This document shows positions 26,969 to 35,774 of a stretch of 64,000 nt of DNA, in pieces. The stretch is from Fibrobacteria bacterium (lineage in GTDB: Bacteria; Fibrobacterota; Fibrobacteria; UBA11236). The notes beneath the pieces were generated by a model. That model did not search any database, was not told the DNA's origin, and saw only the letters and a program-made list of their open reading frames with translations. The stretch is from assembly GCA_041746255.1 (NCBI GenBank), contig JBGTHM010000115.1, positions 32,001-96,000 of the forward strand, written 5' to 3'. The position numbers and the translations under genes were made by a program. Every line of letters starts with the position of its first letter. Position 1 is the first letter of the stretch.

Positions 26969-27853
26969 ATGAAAAATATGAAGTCATTCATCACCACCAT
27001 CCAAGATCATGTGAAAAAAGGCATTTCTCCCGGGGAACGGGGAGCCGGGTTGCTTTCGGTAGTGACGGGCATGGGCGTCGTCGCCGCCATGGTACAAGGT
27101 TCCTTGTATTACCAGGCCAAAACCAGCAATGACTTCATCGCCGGCGAAGCCCATAAAACCTTGGCCCGCGAAATGGCCGAGGCCGGCATCGAAGCCAATA
27201 TCGCCGATATCGGGCTGGGAAACCTGACCATTACCGCCAACATGAACGGACATCCCTCTTACCGGAATGAACCGCTCGGCTCGGGAACCTATAGCACCGA
27301 CCTCTATGCCGTAAGCACCTCCGAATCCACCGATACGGTGGATGTGAAATCCACCGGACAATTCCGGGGAGGGGCTCATTCCATCTTCGCCCGGCTCAAG
27401 GTCAACAAATATCTGGACACGGTAAAAGTGGTGGATGCCGTTACGGTTCTGGTGCCAAGAGAAGTGACCACGACAACTTCCGTTCCCACCACGGTAACCA
27501 CCACGACGCAACTGTCGCCGGGCGACATGCCGGCCTTGGACCAGCAGCCCGCCTATGACGCCTGCATGGCTTCCGGAAACGTGCAATGCCAAATATGCCA
27601 CTTGCCGCTTGGAAATGTAGACAACCGAAGAGTTGTCGATGTCGCACGGCCGTCGGTTAAAACCCATATCGATCATCATGGAGATTATATCTCCACCGAC
27701 GGAACCTGTGACATGTACGATCCGGTGGAAACCATTACGACCACCTATGTTGAGGTTACGGAAACGGTAACCGTCATGGATGAAGTGATTACCGAAGCCG
27801 AAATCGAACAGATTCAAGAGCGTGCGCGCGTCCAGGTGCTATCCTGGAAATAA
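26969..27853 (+). CDS. PilX-like minor pilin with Thr-rich stalk and CxxCH/His-containing inserted domain (copy 1)
   Basis: ERG|AGLLSVV (no E5), MAEAGIE, VKSTG, C-terminal 'LSWK'. CQICH at 27587-27601. GGAGG precedes ATG 26969. Confidence 0.8.
   Translation: MKNMKSFITTIQDHVKKGISPGERGAGLLSVVTGMGVVAAMVQGSLYYQAKTSNDFIAGEAHKTLAREMAEAGIEANIADIGLGNLTITANMNGHPSYRNEPLGSGTYSTDLYAVSTSESTDTVDVKSTGQFRGGAHSIFARLKVNKYLDTVKVVDAVTVLVPREVTTTTSVPTTVTTTTQLSPGDMPALDQQPAYDACMASGNVQCQICHLPLGNVDNRRVVDVARPSVKTHIDHHGDYISTDGTCDMYDPVETITTTYVEVTETVTVMDEVITEAEIEQIQERARVQVLSWK
27167..27213 (+). repeat. 47-bp perfect direct repeat, second copy at 28074-28120
   Basis: cgcgaaatggccgaggccggcatcgaagccaatatcgccgatatcgg is identical in both PilX-like genes. 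Confidence 0.85.
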
Positions 27854-27875
27854 CCAGAAAGCGAAGAGGGGAATT

Positions 27876-28760
27876 ATGGAAAAGCTGAACTCATTCATTG
27901 CCCGTCTTGGATTTCGGCGCCGCACCCCGCGGCTGTCCGGAGAGTCGGGGGCCGGCTTGCTGTCGGTGGTTACCGGTATGGGGGTGGTGGCTGCCATGGT
28001 TCAGGGTTCCCTCTATTACCAGGCTAAAACCAGCCATGCCTTCATTGCCGGCGAGGCCAATAAAACCTTGGCTCGCGAAATGGCCGAGGCCGGCATCGAA
28101 GCCAATATCGCCGATATCGGAATCGGGTCGCTTTCCATTACTCCGAATATGGCCGGATACGCCACCTATCAAAATGAACCCCTTGGGGGCGGGGGGTTTA
28201 CCACTCTGCTTACCACGGTGGGTACTTCGGAAATCGCGGATACCGTCGATTTGAGTTCCACGGGGATGTTTCGAGGTGGAACCCACTCCATTTTCGCTCG
28301 CCTACGTGTGGGCAAGTATATCGATACCTCGGTGGTAATCAATATGAATACGGTGATTACGCCTCGGGATTCGGCATTTACCGAATTGGTACCGTCCGTC
28401 GTTACTACAACCACCCAAATGGACCCACATGACATGCCCCCACTTTCAGAGCAGCCTGCCTATGATGCCTGTATGGCTTCCGCCGCAGTTCAATGTCAAA
28501 TTTGCCATCTTCCCCCAGGAAATGTGGAGAATCGTCAAGTTATCGACGTCGCTAAGCCTTCTATCCGTACCCATATAGACCACCACGGGGATTATGTAAC
28601 TACGGACGGCTCATGCGATATGTATGACCCGGTGGAAACGACGACAACCATCTACAATACGGTAACCGGTACGGTAACGGTAATGGATACGACCTCCATT
28701 TTTGAAGAGGATTTGACGATTAGCGAACGGTCCCGCGTCAAAATCCTTTCCTGGAAATAA
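27876..28760 (+). CDS. PilX-like minor pilin with Thr-rich stalk and CxxCH/His-containing inserted domain (copy 2)
   Basis: ESG|AGLLSVV, MAEAGIE, CQICHLPPGN at 28494, HIDHHGDY, C-terminal 'LSWK'. Colinear paralog of 26969. Confidence 0.8.
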   Translation: MEKLNSFIARLGFRRRTPRLSGESGAGLLSVVTGMGVVAAMVQGSLYYQAKTSHAFIAGEANKTLAREMAEAGIEANIADIGIGSLSITPNMAGYATYQNEPLGGGGFTTLLTTVGTSEIADTVDLSSTGMFRGGTHSIFARLRVGKYIDTSVVINMNTVITPRDSAFTELVPSVVTTTTQMDPHDMPPLSEQPAYDACMASAAVQCQICHLPPGNVENRQVIDVAKPSIRTHIDHHGDYVTTDGSCDMYDPVETTTTIYNTVTGTVTVMDTTSIFEEDLTISERSRVKILSWK

Positions 28761-28844
28761 GGCGGCGGCCGGAAAAGGAGAATTGCATTTTCCCCGGGCC
28801 GCCCATATAATCGGAGCAGACCCTATCCGGCATGGAAAGCCTTG

Positions 28845-29303
28845 ATGAAACCGACGGCGATACATAAAAAAGAGGAGCTGCTGGTCAAAATGCGGGGCCG
28901 TTTGGCCCGGCCCATGGCGCCCTCTCCTCCCAATGGAAAATCCCTTAAACGCAGAAAAGCCAAGGGTTCTTGGTTCTGGCCCATAACCGTTTTCGTCGCC
29001 CTCGTGCTGATCAGCGGCTTATGGGTCGGAAAGGACCTCCAGGGAAATACCGCTCCGGCCGCCCCGTCCCCCATCTCTCCCTTGCCCTCTCCCCCTCCGG
29101 AACTTTCGGTCAATGACCAGGCTTTTTATTGGGCTTATGCCCTTTATGATATGGAAAAATTCAGGGAAACTTTTGGCGCCCAAAGCCTGGTAGCCGTCAA
29201 CTCGCACCAGGCCAAGGAAAATTTGAAAACCCTGCTTCCGCAAACCACCGATCGCGTTCGCTATTTAATCGGGCGTTATCTTCCGCCAGGGGGACTACCT
29301 TGA
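28845..29303 (+). CDS. Bitopic membrane protein of unknown family, pilin-cluster accessory (copy 2)
   Basis: 'LSVNDQAFYWAYALYD' and 'RYLIGRYLP' match the 25237 product. Stop overlaps the TTG start of the next gene. Confidence 0.75.
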   Translation: MKPTAIHKKEELLVKMRGRLARPMAPSPPNGKSLKRRKAKGSWFWPITVFVALVLISGLWVGKDLQGNTAPAAPSPISPLPSPPPELSVNDQAFYWAYALYDMEKFRETFGAQSLVAVNSHQAKENLKTLLPQTTDRVRYLIGRYLPPGGLP

Positions 29304-29686
29304 CAAGAAATCAGGCCGGATTCAGCATGCTGGAAATCCTGGTATCCATCGTGGTTTTCAGTTTGATGTCCACTTCCATTTTTTATTTCCTGTCCACGCA
29401 AAACAAATTCAGCGCCAATAGCAACGACATGACGCGAGGGATCAGTTTGGGCAAACTGACCATGGATTCGCTGAAGGTGGTCGATTATGACGCGCTTACC
29501 GCGGGTTCAGATACGGTTGGGGAAAGGTTTATCCGCACTTGGAGCGTTTCGCCCCAAACCAACGAGGATAATACCCCGAAAGGCCGGAAATTACTGCAAG
29601 TGGTGGTCTTTTGGCCGCTGACGGCGGAACAAACCATGAGTTTTACCACCTTGGTAGGCGATGACGAATACAAGGAGGACCGCTAA
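29300..29686 (+). CDS. Type IV minor pilin, PilV-like (copy 2)
   Basis: QAG|FSMLEILVSI. Shares MDSLKV, AGSD, GRK, FWPLTA and DDE with copy 1. Confidence 0.85.
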   Translation: MTRNQAGFSMLEILVSIVVFSLMSTSIFYFLSTQNKFSANSNDMTRGISLGKLTMDSLKVVDYDALTAGSDTVGERFIRTWSVSPQTNEDNTPKGRKLLQVVVFWPLTAEQTMSFTTLVGDDEYKEDR

Positions 29687-30180
29687 CGGAGGATTTTCAA
29701 ATCGCTGACCCAGACGGTACGATTGCCATCGGTGGTTATCGACAAGGTATAATCCCCGTCTGATAGGAATTCCACCCGGTACCAGCTACCTTGGCCTATC
29801 AAATCATCATCGGAAGTCGGCATTTGCAGGAGATCGCCCGTCACATCCCGATAGCCGATTTTAAATATACCCACCGGAACTTTAAAGTTTTTCGACTGAT
29901 TTGCAGGGATGGATCCTAAGGTTTTGAACACCGGCGCGCCATGGATGTTTTGCACGTTTGCGGAGAAAAGCAGGAAAGTAAGCTCTCCCGGGTCTTGAGT
30001 CTTTTGATTGAGGATTTTCAAATTCGCTTCCTGAGTTCCGGCGGGCGGAGCGGGACTTTTGGATTCATCAATCTCGATGGCATCGCATCCGCACAGCGCG
30101 AAAACCAAGCATAACGGGAAAAACCAATTTATCAGGCGCTGCGAAGCCAAGTTTTTCGGAGCGAAGAATTTTATGGACAT
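29683..30180 (-). CDS. Hypothetical lipoprotein (beta-sandwich-like)
   Basis: Lipobox LCG-C. AGGAG precedes the ATG. Confidence 0.7.
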   Translation of the reverse strand: MSIKFFAPKNLASQRLINWFFPLCLVFALCGCDAIEIDESKSPAPPAGTQEANLKILNQKTQDPGELTFLLFSANVQNIHGAPVFKTLGSIPANQSKNFKVPVGIFKIGYRDVTGDLLQMPTSDDDLIGQGSWYRVEFLSDGDYTLSITTDGNRTVWVSDLKILR

Positions 30181-30225
30181 ATCAGTCTCCTTGAACCAGC
30201 CTATTTTACCATATTCCCACCCCGA

Positions 30226-31362
30226 TTATCCGGAATAAACCCTTTCCACCCGGTTTCCCAGCGAGCAGATGATATCGTAGGGATGGGTTTGCTTGATGCG
30301 CGCCCAATCCTCCATGGTAATTTCCTCCTTGCCGGAACGCCCGGCAATGACCACGGTATCGCCGACCCGCGACTTTGGACATTCCCCCAAATCGACGGTG
30401 ATATAATCCATGGACACCCGACCGATAATCGGGCAGCGTTTTCCACGTATCAGCACTCGCCCCGAATTGCTGGCGGCGAGGGGAATCCCATCGGCATATC
30501 CCGCCGGAATGGTACCGACCCAGGTATCGCGCATCAGTGTGTGAGTGCAGCCGTAGCCTATGGTAAAACCCGCGGGCAGCAGCCTTTTGGAGAGGAGCCG
30601 GGATTTGAGCGATAAGGAGGGCTTGAGGTGGTAGCGGCGGCATCCCTCCAAATCAAAAACACCGTAAAGATTGATGCCCGGCCTGACCATATCGAAATGG
30701 GTTTCCGGAAAATTATTGATGGCATCCGAATTGGCCAGATGCACCAGAGGGAATACAATACCCTGGGCTTCCAGTTCATGCAAGAGCCGAGAAAAAAGCG
30801 TGACCTGCTCCCGGGTTTTAGCATGTTGGGCATTGTTCGCATTGGCGAAATGGGTATAAAAGCCTTCGATTTCAAGCCCGGGAAGGCGAAGAATCTTGAG
30901 TATGACTGCGGAAGCTTCGAAGTGCGGTAGCCCCAAGCGCCCCATACCGGTGTCTACTTTGATATGCACTTTGGCTTTTTTCCCCTGGCGAACCGCCTCG
31001 GAGGAAAGCTTTTTGGCAATGGCCAAATCACCCACGGGGCAAATTATTCCAGCCCGGACACAATGCTCCGCCTCATCGGCCAGCAACCCCCCGATAATCT
31101 GTACCGGCTGCTTCACTTTACGCCGCAAAGCGATGGCCTCTTTCGCCTCCGCCACGCCGAACCGCGCGGGCGCTTCGCCGGCAAGCGCTGCCGCTATCCG
31201 GCCCGCGCCCAACCCATACGCGTCCGCCTTGAGAATGGGCATGACCAGGGCGGGCGCCACTGAGGCTCGGATACGCCGGAAATTTTCCCGGATGGCATCG
31301 AGGTCTATTTCCAACCAGACTCGCGATTGCACCGGGGGTGTGGAAAACCGGCTTTCCGGCAA
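30226..31362 (-). CDS. alr: Alanine racemase
   Basis: LKADAYGLG, KVDTGMGRLG, VRPGINLYG, GYADG, GRVSMD. Probable TTG start at 31362 after AGGAGG. Confidence 0.95.
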   Translation of the reverse strand: MPESRFSTPPVQSRVWLEIDLDAIRENFRRIRASVAPALVMPILKADAYGLGAGRIAAALAGEAPARFGVAEAKEAIALRRKVKQPVQIIGGLLADEAEHCVRAGIICPVGDLAIAKKLSSEAVRQGKKAKVHIKVDTGMGRLGLPHFEASAVILKILRLPGLEIEGFYTHFANANNAQHAKTREQVTLFSRLLHELEAQGIVFPLVHLANSDAINNFPETHFDMVRPGINLYGVFDLEGCRRYHLKPSLSLKSRLLSKRLLPAGFTIGYGCTHTLMRDTWVGTIPAGYADGIPLAASNSGRVLIRGKRCPIIGRVSMDYITVDLGECPKSRVGDTVVIAGRSGKEEITMEDWARIKQTHPYDIICSLGNRVERVYSG

Positions 31363-31581
31363 GAAATCCTCCTGGAGTTGGGAATACCGTGCGAACGCTA
31401 GATATCTTAGGTAAATTAGTAATCTTGAAACCACCTCTATTTCGGGAAAGCTTACAGCTCTCTCGATTTATGGGAAGCGATGAATTATATTCCTGGAGGA
31501 GTTTCAACCACCGCCCTCAAGTCGGGTCATGAACCCGTAACGGTTTAATTGCAACTAAACATTAATGGGAAAAAATCCGTT

Positions 31582-32766
31582 ATGACGCTTCGCTCCGGAA
31601 CTAATCTATCGTTCGCTTGGGTGCTCTTGGCTCTTCTGGTTTCGGCCGGCGCCAAGGAAAAATTCGAGGAAAGGGATTTTTCCGGTCAAGGTTTTACCGG
31701 CCGCGATTTAAGCGGAATGGTATTCAAAGATTGCAATTTGGAAAACGCCCGCTTTAACCAGGCCATGGGTAATAAAATATCCTTCGAGGGCTCCAAAGGA
31801 TCCAAGATCAATTTCAATAGCGCACATTTCGGCCAAAGCTCGTTCCGCAACGTCGAATTCGGAGACGGCGAATTCCGGGGCGCCGATATCCGGGAAAGCG
31901 ATTTCAAAAACGCAGCGTTGCCTCGGGCTGATTTTCAGAGAGCGGTTTTGGCGGGTTCCAATTTCGGCGGCGCCGATCTCAAGGCCGCCAATTTCATCGG
32001 CGCTAAATTCGTCGAGAAGGCGCGCTTCAACAAAGCCGATTTGGCCGGCGCCCGGTTCGGAGACAGCGGGCTGGAAAGGGTCGATTTTTCCGGCGCCAAT
32101 CTCGACGGCGTCAACCTTGTAGGCGCCAAGTTGCAAAATTCGGATTTCCGTTTGGCAAGCGTCAACTCCATCCAGCTGAAAGGCGCGAACCTTTCCGGGA
32201 CGGACATGCGCAAACTGGCATTCCACAATGCTGATCTTTCCGGCAGTAATCTGGTGGAAGCCGATTTCAGGCGTGCCACATTTGAGAAATGCAAATTCGA
32301 TGGAGCGGAATTCGGGTTTGCGAAAATGGCCTCCACCCGCTTTACCGAATGCACTTTCGTTCGAGCCGCGTTTTTCAATACGCAAATGAAGGGCGCCGAT
32401 TTTTTCGCCGCGAATCTGGAGGAAGCCATCTTCGGTGGTAAGAGCTTGGACAAAGTCCAATTTCTGGATGCGCGTATGGACAGAGCCAAATTCCAGGTGG
32501 GAAAGCTCAGTAATATCGATTTTTCCGGGTCCAGTCTGCGCAATGTCGACTTCACCGGCGTCAGGCTTATCAATTGCAATTTCACCAATGCCGATTTGAC
32601 CGGGGCGATTTTTTCGGCGGCGTTTCTCACGGGTTGCGATTTCCGGGACGCCAACTTAAGCCAAGCCCAATGGGAGCCGGAAAACCTGCAAAAAAACCTG
32701 TATAACTCTTCCACACGTTTCCCCAGCGGATATACGCCCCATCCCAAGCAGATGCGGGCCCGATAA
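31582..32766 (+). CDS. Secreted pentapeptide-repeat protein
   Basis: Signal-peptide-like N-terminus followed by continuous A(D/N)(L/F)xx repeats. Confidence 0.9.
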   Translation: MTLRSGTNLSFAWVLLALLVSAGAKEKFEERDFSGQGFTGRDLSGMVFKDCNLENARFNQAMGNKISFEGSKGSKINFNSAHFGQSSFRNVEFGDGEFRGADIRESDFKNAALPRADFQRAVLAGSNFGGADLKAANFIGAKFVEKARFNKADLAGARFGDSGLERVDFSGANLDGVNLVGAKLQNSDFRLASVNSIQLKGANLSGTDMRKLAFHNADLSGSNLVEADFRRATFEKCKFDGAEFGFAKMASTRFTECTFVRAAFFNTQMKGADFFAANLEEAIFGGKSLDKVQFLDARMDRAKFQVGKLSNIDFSGSSLRNVDFTGVRLINCNFTNADLTGAIFSAAFLTGCDFRDANLSQAQWEPENLQKNLYNSSTRFPSGYTPHPKQMRAR

Positions 32767-32788
32767 TAGTACACAACAAGAGTAAATC

Positions 32789-34087
32789 ATGCGTCGCAAT
32801 ATCCTGCATCCCGGTGCTACCGAATTGGTTTATGAAATCCGGGAAATTGTAAAAAAAGCCCAACTCTTCCAAGAATTGGGAGTGGAAATTTTTTGGGAAA
32901 ACATCGGTGATCCTGTTCAAAAAGGGAGCAGGATTCCGGAATGGATGAAGGATATCGTCGGTAATTTGGTAAAACAGGATTCCAGTTACGGCTATTGTCC
33001 GACCCGAGGCGTGTTGAGTACCCGAAAATTCCTGGCGCAAGCCAACAACTCGTTGGGTGGCGCGCAAATCGGGGCGGATGACATCTTATTTTGTAACGGC
33101 CTGGGCGATGCCATTTCCACTTTATACCAATTCCTGGATCCCGGCGCCCGTATCATCGGGCCTTCGCCCGCCTACTCCACCCATTCCTCAGCCGAGGGAA
33201 GCCACGCGAGCCAGCCACCGATTACCTATAATCTGCTGCCGGAAAACGGTTGGTTTCCGGATATGGATGAGCTTCGCAACCAGGTTAAATACAATCCGAA
33301 TATCGTTGGGATTCTCATTATCAATCCCGATAATCCCACCGGCATGGTCTATCCGGAAAATACTTTACGTGAAATCGTAGCATTGGCCCGTGAATATGAC
33401 CTTTTTCTGGTAGCCGACGAAATTTACACCCACATAACCTATAATGACGTCGAAGCGGTTCCCATAGCCAAGGTGATTGGCGATGTTTGCGGTATATCCC
33501 TTAAGGGAATTTCCAAGGAATTGCCTTGGCCGGGATCGCGCTGTGGATGGATGGAGTTTTATAACACTAATAAAGACAACGAATTCGGTCGTTTAGTTAA
33601 AGCTTTGGAAGATGCGAAAATGCTGGAAGTGTGTTCCACCACCTTACCACAGATGGCCATTCCGGAAATTTTGAGCCATCCGGAGTACGCCGCGTATAGA
33701 AAAAACCTCAATTTGGATATTCAACGCCGTGGCGAAGTGGTTTACCAGGCATTGAAAGACATCCCCCAACTCATTGTGAACCGGACCTATGGAGCTTTTT
33801 ATACTTCCATTATTTTTCGCGCCGGCACCTTGAAATCCCACCAGAAGCTCGAAATCTCAGATTCCCGCATACAAATGCAATTGGAAAAAATGGTGGAAGG
33901 CGTCGCTCTCGACAAGCGCTTTGTCTACTATATGCTGGCAGCCACCGGAATATGCATGGTTCCCATTTCCTCCTTCTGCTCCGGATTAATGGGGTTTAGG
34001 GTTACCTTACTGGAGGAGAATCAGGCCAAATTGGAGTGGTTGTATGCGAAACTCCAAAAAAGCATTGTGGAATACCTGGCTTCATAA
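32789..34087 (+). CDS. PLP-dependent class I/II aminotransferase
   Basis: ENIGDP, INPDNPTG, ADEIY, GISKELPWPGSRCGW, FRVTLLE. Confidence 0.9.
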   Translation: MRRNILHPGATELVYEIREIVKKAQLFQELGVEIFWENIGDPVQKGSRIPEWMKDIVGNLVKQDSSYGYCPTRGVLSTRKFLAQANNSLGGAQIGADDILFCNGLGDAISTLYQFLDPGARIIGPSPAYSTHSSAEGSHASQPPITYNLLPENGWFPDMDELRNQVKYNPNIVGILIINPDNPTGMVYPENTLREIVALAREYDLFLVADEIYTHITYNDVEAVPIAKVIGDVCGISLKGISKELPWPGSRCGWMEFYNTNKDNEFGRLVKALEDAKMLEVCSTTLPQMAIPEILSHPEYAAYRKNLNLDIQRRGEVVYQALKDIPQLIVNRTYGAFYTSIIFRAGTLKSHQKLEISDSRIQMQLEKMVEGVALDKRFVYYMLAATGICMVPISSFCSGLMGFRVTLLEENQAKLEWLYAKLQKSIVEYLAS

Positions 34088-34105
34088 GCTTGAAACGCCC
34101 TTTTC

Positions 34106-34287
34106 TGGGGGCAAATCCTCCCAAATCAATTGTTTGCGCAACTCCTTTGAAATCAATATCTTAGCGAAACCTTGACTACGGAAGGGAAAGACTGGGGCGA
34201 CATGACCCCGGAACCACCCGGAGGTTGAATGGGAAAAGGCCTTATTTTCTTATATTTTGAAAGCAGCTCTTTGGCCCAAACTTTGCT
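34106..34287 (+). promoter_or_regulatory. sigma54 promoter with IHF-like sites and candidate upstream activator palindromes
   Basis: TGGCCCAAACTTTGCT (GG-N10-GC) at 34272-34287. WATCAANNNNTTR at 34124-34136 and 34151-34163. TGGG-N10-CCC(A/G) at 34106-34123 and 34193-34210. Confidence 0.7.
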
Positions 34288-34347
34288 TATTCTAGCTCCA
34301 TTATGGGTATAGTGTTTTCCCTATTCCCGGGTTTTGGAAGGTAAATC

Positions 34348-34770
34348 ATGAAGAAACTTTTTTCCGCCATCGGGTTCAGCGCAGGCCTGACGATATGTGC
34401 CATGGCACAGGGGAAACCCACTGTTACCCCACCTGAACACGCAGAAAATCGCAAAGAGGAGGCCCGCAAGTATTTTGAAGAGGCGTTGTCCAAAATGCCT
34501 GCTGAAGTCGCAGTAAAAGTACAGGCAGCCCGTGAAGCGGCCAAAGCCGCCAAGGCTGATGTGGAAGAAATGGTTTCCAAAGGAAAATCGAAAGAAGAAA
34601 TCGAATCCATGATTGCCGAGAAACGCGCAGCCGCGCGACAGAATTTGGACAAGGCACTGGAAGATCTGGACAAGGTGCCTGAGCAGGCTAAGGAAAGTGT
34701 CGCAAAGGCCCGGGAAAAAATGGCGAAACGTCTTGCCGACCGGCAAGAGCGAGAAGGAAAACCTGAATAG
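34348..34770 (+). CDS. Small secreted alpha-helical (A/E/K-rich) protein
   Basis: Signal peptide ending AMA|Q, mature part helical/coiled-coil-like. AAGG RBS. Confidence 0.8.
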   Translation: MKKLFSAIGFSAGLTICAMAQGKPTVTPPEHAENRKEEARKYFEEALSKMPAEVAVKVQAAREAAKAAKADVEEMVSKGKSKEEIESMIAEKRAAARQNLDKALEDLDKVPEQAKESVAKAREKMAKRLADRQEREGKPE

Positions 34771-34809
34771 AGCCCCCTGAAATCGTTTCTGATTCGACCC
34801 ATCGTTAAT

Positions 34810-34841
34810 GCGGGAAGGAGTAATCCTTCCCGCTTTTTTTT
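34810..34841 (+). terminator. Rho-independent terminator
   Basis: gcgggaagga-gtaa-tccttcccgc followed by T8. Confidence 0.85.
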
Positions 34842-34957
34842 CGGAATATGAGTATAATTGACTTTGTTGAATTATACCGTGAACCCCTATTTCGGTATTC
34901 CGGTAAGTCAATCCTCATTGGACCTTTAAAGGAATCGAGCGAGATTTTACCAACCTT

Positions 34958-35683
34958 ATGCAGCTTGGCAAAATAATAGCCGATTTACGCGTAAAGGCGA
35001 TTATTCTCCTGCTGCCCTTTACCCTGATTTCCGCACCCATTACCAACAAGGAAATCGGCTTCACCATCGACCTCCCCTTATCCTGGCGACAACATATCGT
35101 CTCTCCGGGTACGCATGCCATCTTGCGGGATACGACCGGTGGGCATAAAAGCGTGATTTCCATCGAAAAAATCCTCATCGATAAAAACGTCGATCCCACT
35201 CCCTCAGCCTGGGTCCGCTCCCAGTTTCTGGCATTCAAATTATTGGTCGAGCATAGTGTTTACCCTTTCGGCGCCATCCTTTTTTACGACTCCACCTCAT
35301 CCGCCCAGTTGGGCGCTCTGTGGTCTCCCGAGCTTTACGCGGAGTTCTACCATTCCGACAACAAGCCCACCCAAGCCGAGTACGTACGCTATGCGGCCAT
35401 TTCCGATTTCGGGTATGAAATAATCGCCTATGGAGACTCACTCGATATGGCCACTAATATCGTTTATTATGCGGACTCTTTGATTTCCACCCTTGTTTTG
35501 TCATCACCGCAAAATGTTTCCTTACTTAGAAGCCAACACAGCCGACCATTCACCGTCGGAAAAGGTGGCCGGATTTGGGTGGATGTATTGGGGAAGTCAC
35601 AGCGACATATAGAGGGGAAAGGGCTTTCACGGCGCCTTTATCCCGTTTTGGGGGAAGGTAGCACCCAAAAGGCTCCCCACTAA
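34958..35683 (+). CDS. Secreted hypothetical protein with short C-terminal tail
   Basis: Hydrophobic N-terminus, 'GFTIDLPLSW' (PsbP-like start), tail 'IWVDVLGK'. Confidence 0.65.
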   Translation: MQLGKIIADLRVKAIILLLPFTLISAPITNKEIGFTIDLPLSWRQHIVSPGTHAILRDTTGGHKSVISIEKILIDKNVDPTPSAWVRSQFLAFKLLVEHSVYPFGAILFYDSTSSAQLGALWSPELYAEFYHSDNKPTQAEYVRYAAISDFGYEIIAYGDSLDMATNIVYYADSLISTLVLSSPQNVSLLRSQHSRPFTVGKGGRIWVDVLGKSQRHIEGKGLSRRLYPVLGEGSTQKAPH

Positions 35684-35774
35684 CCTATCCAGGTTCTCAT
35701 TGGGTGTTTTTTTCGCCGTTTCCGGCAGAGGCTAATGCAATTGCGGTCACCTTTCACAGCGAACCGGTAACAGC

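Noticed and set aside
26969..28760. PilX paralogs as DGR template/variable repeats or a shufflon
   Set aside because: Differences are not adenine-specific, both copies are full ORFs on the same strand, and no reverse transcriptase or recombinase is in the window.
31708..32774. Long antisense ORFs over the pentapeptide gene, and similar ones over ilvD, yeaG, spoVR, GT and pse genes
   Set aside because: Shadow ORFs expected at high GC. They have no recognisable motifs and overlap well-supported genes.
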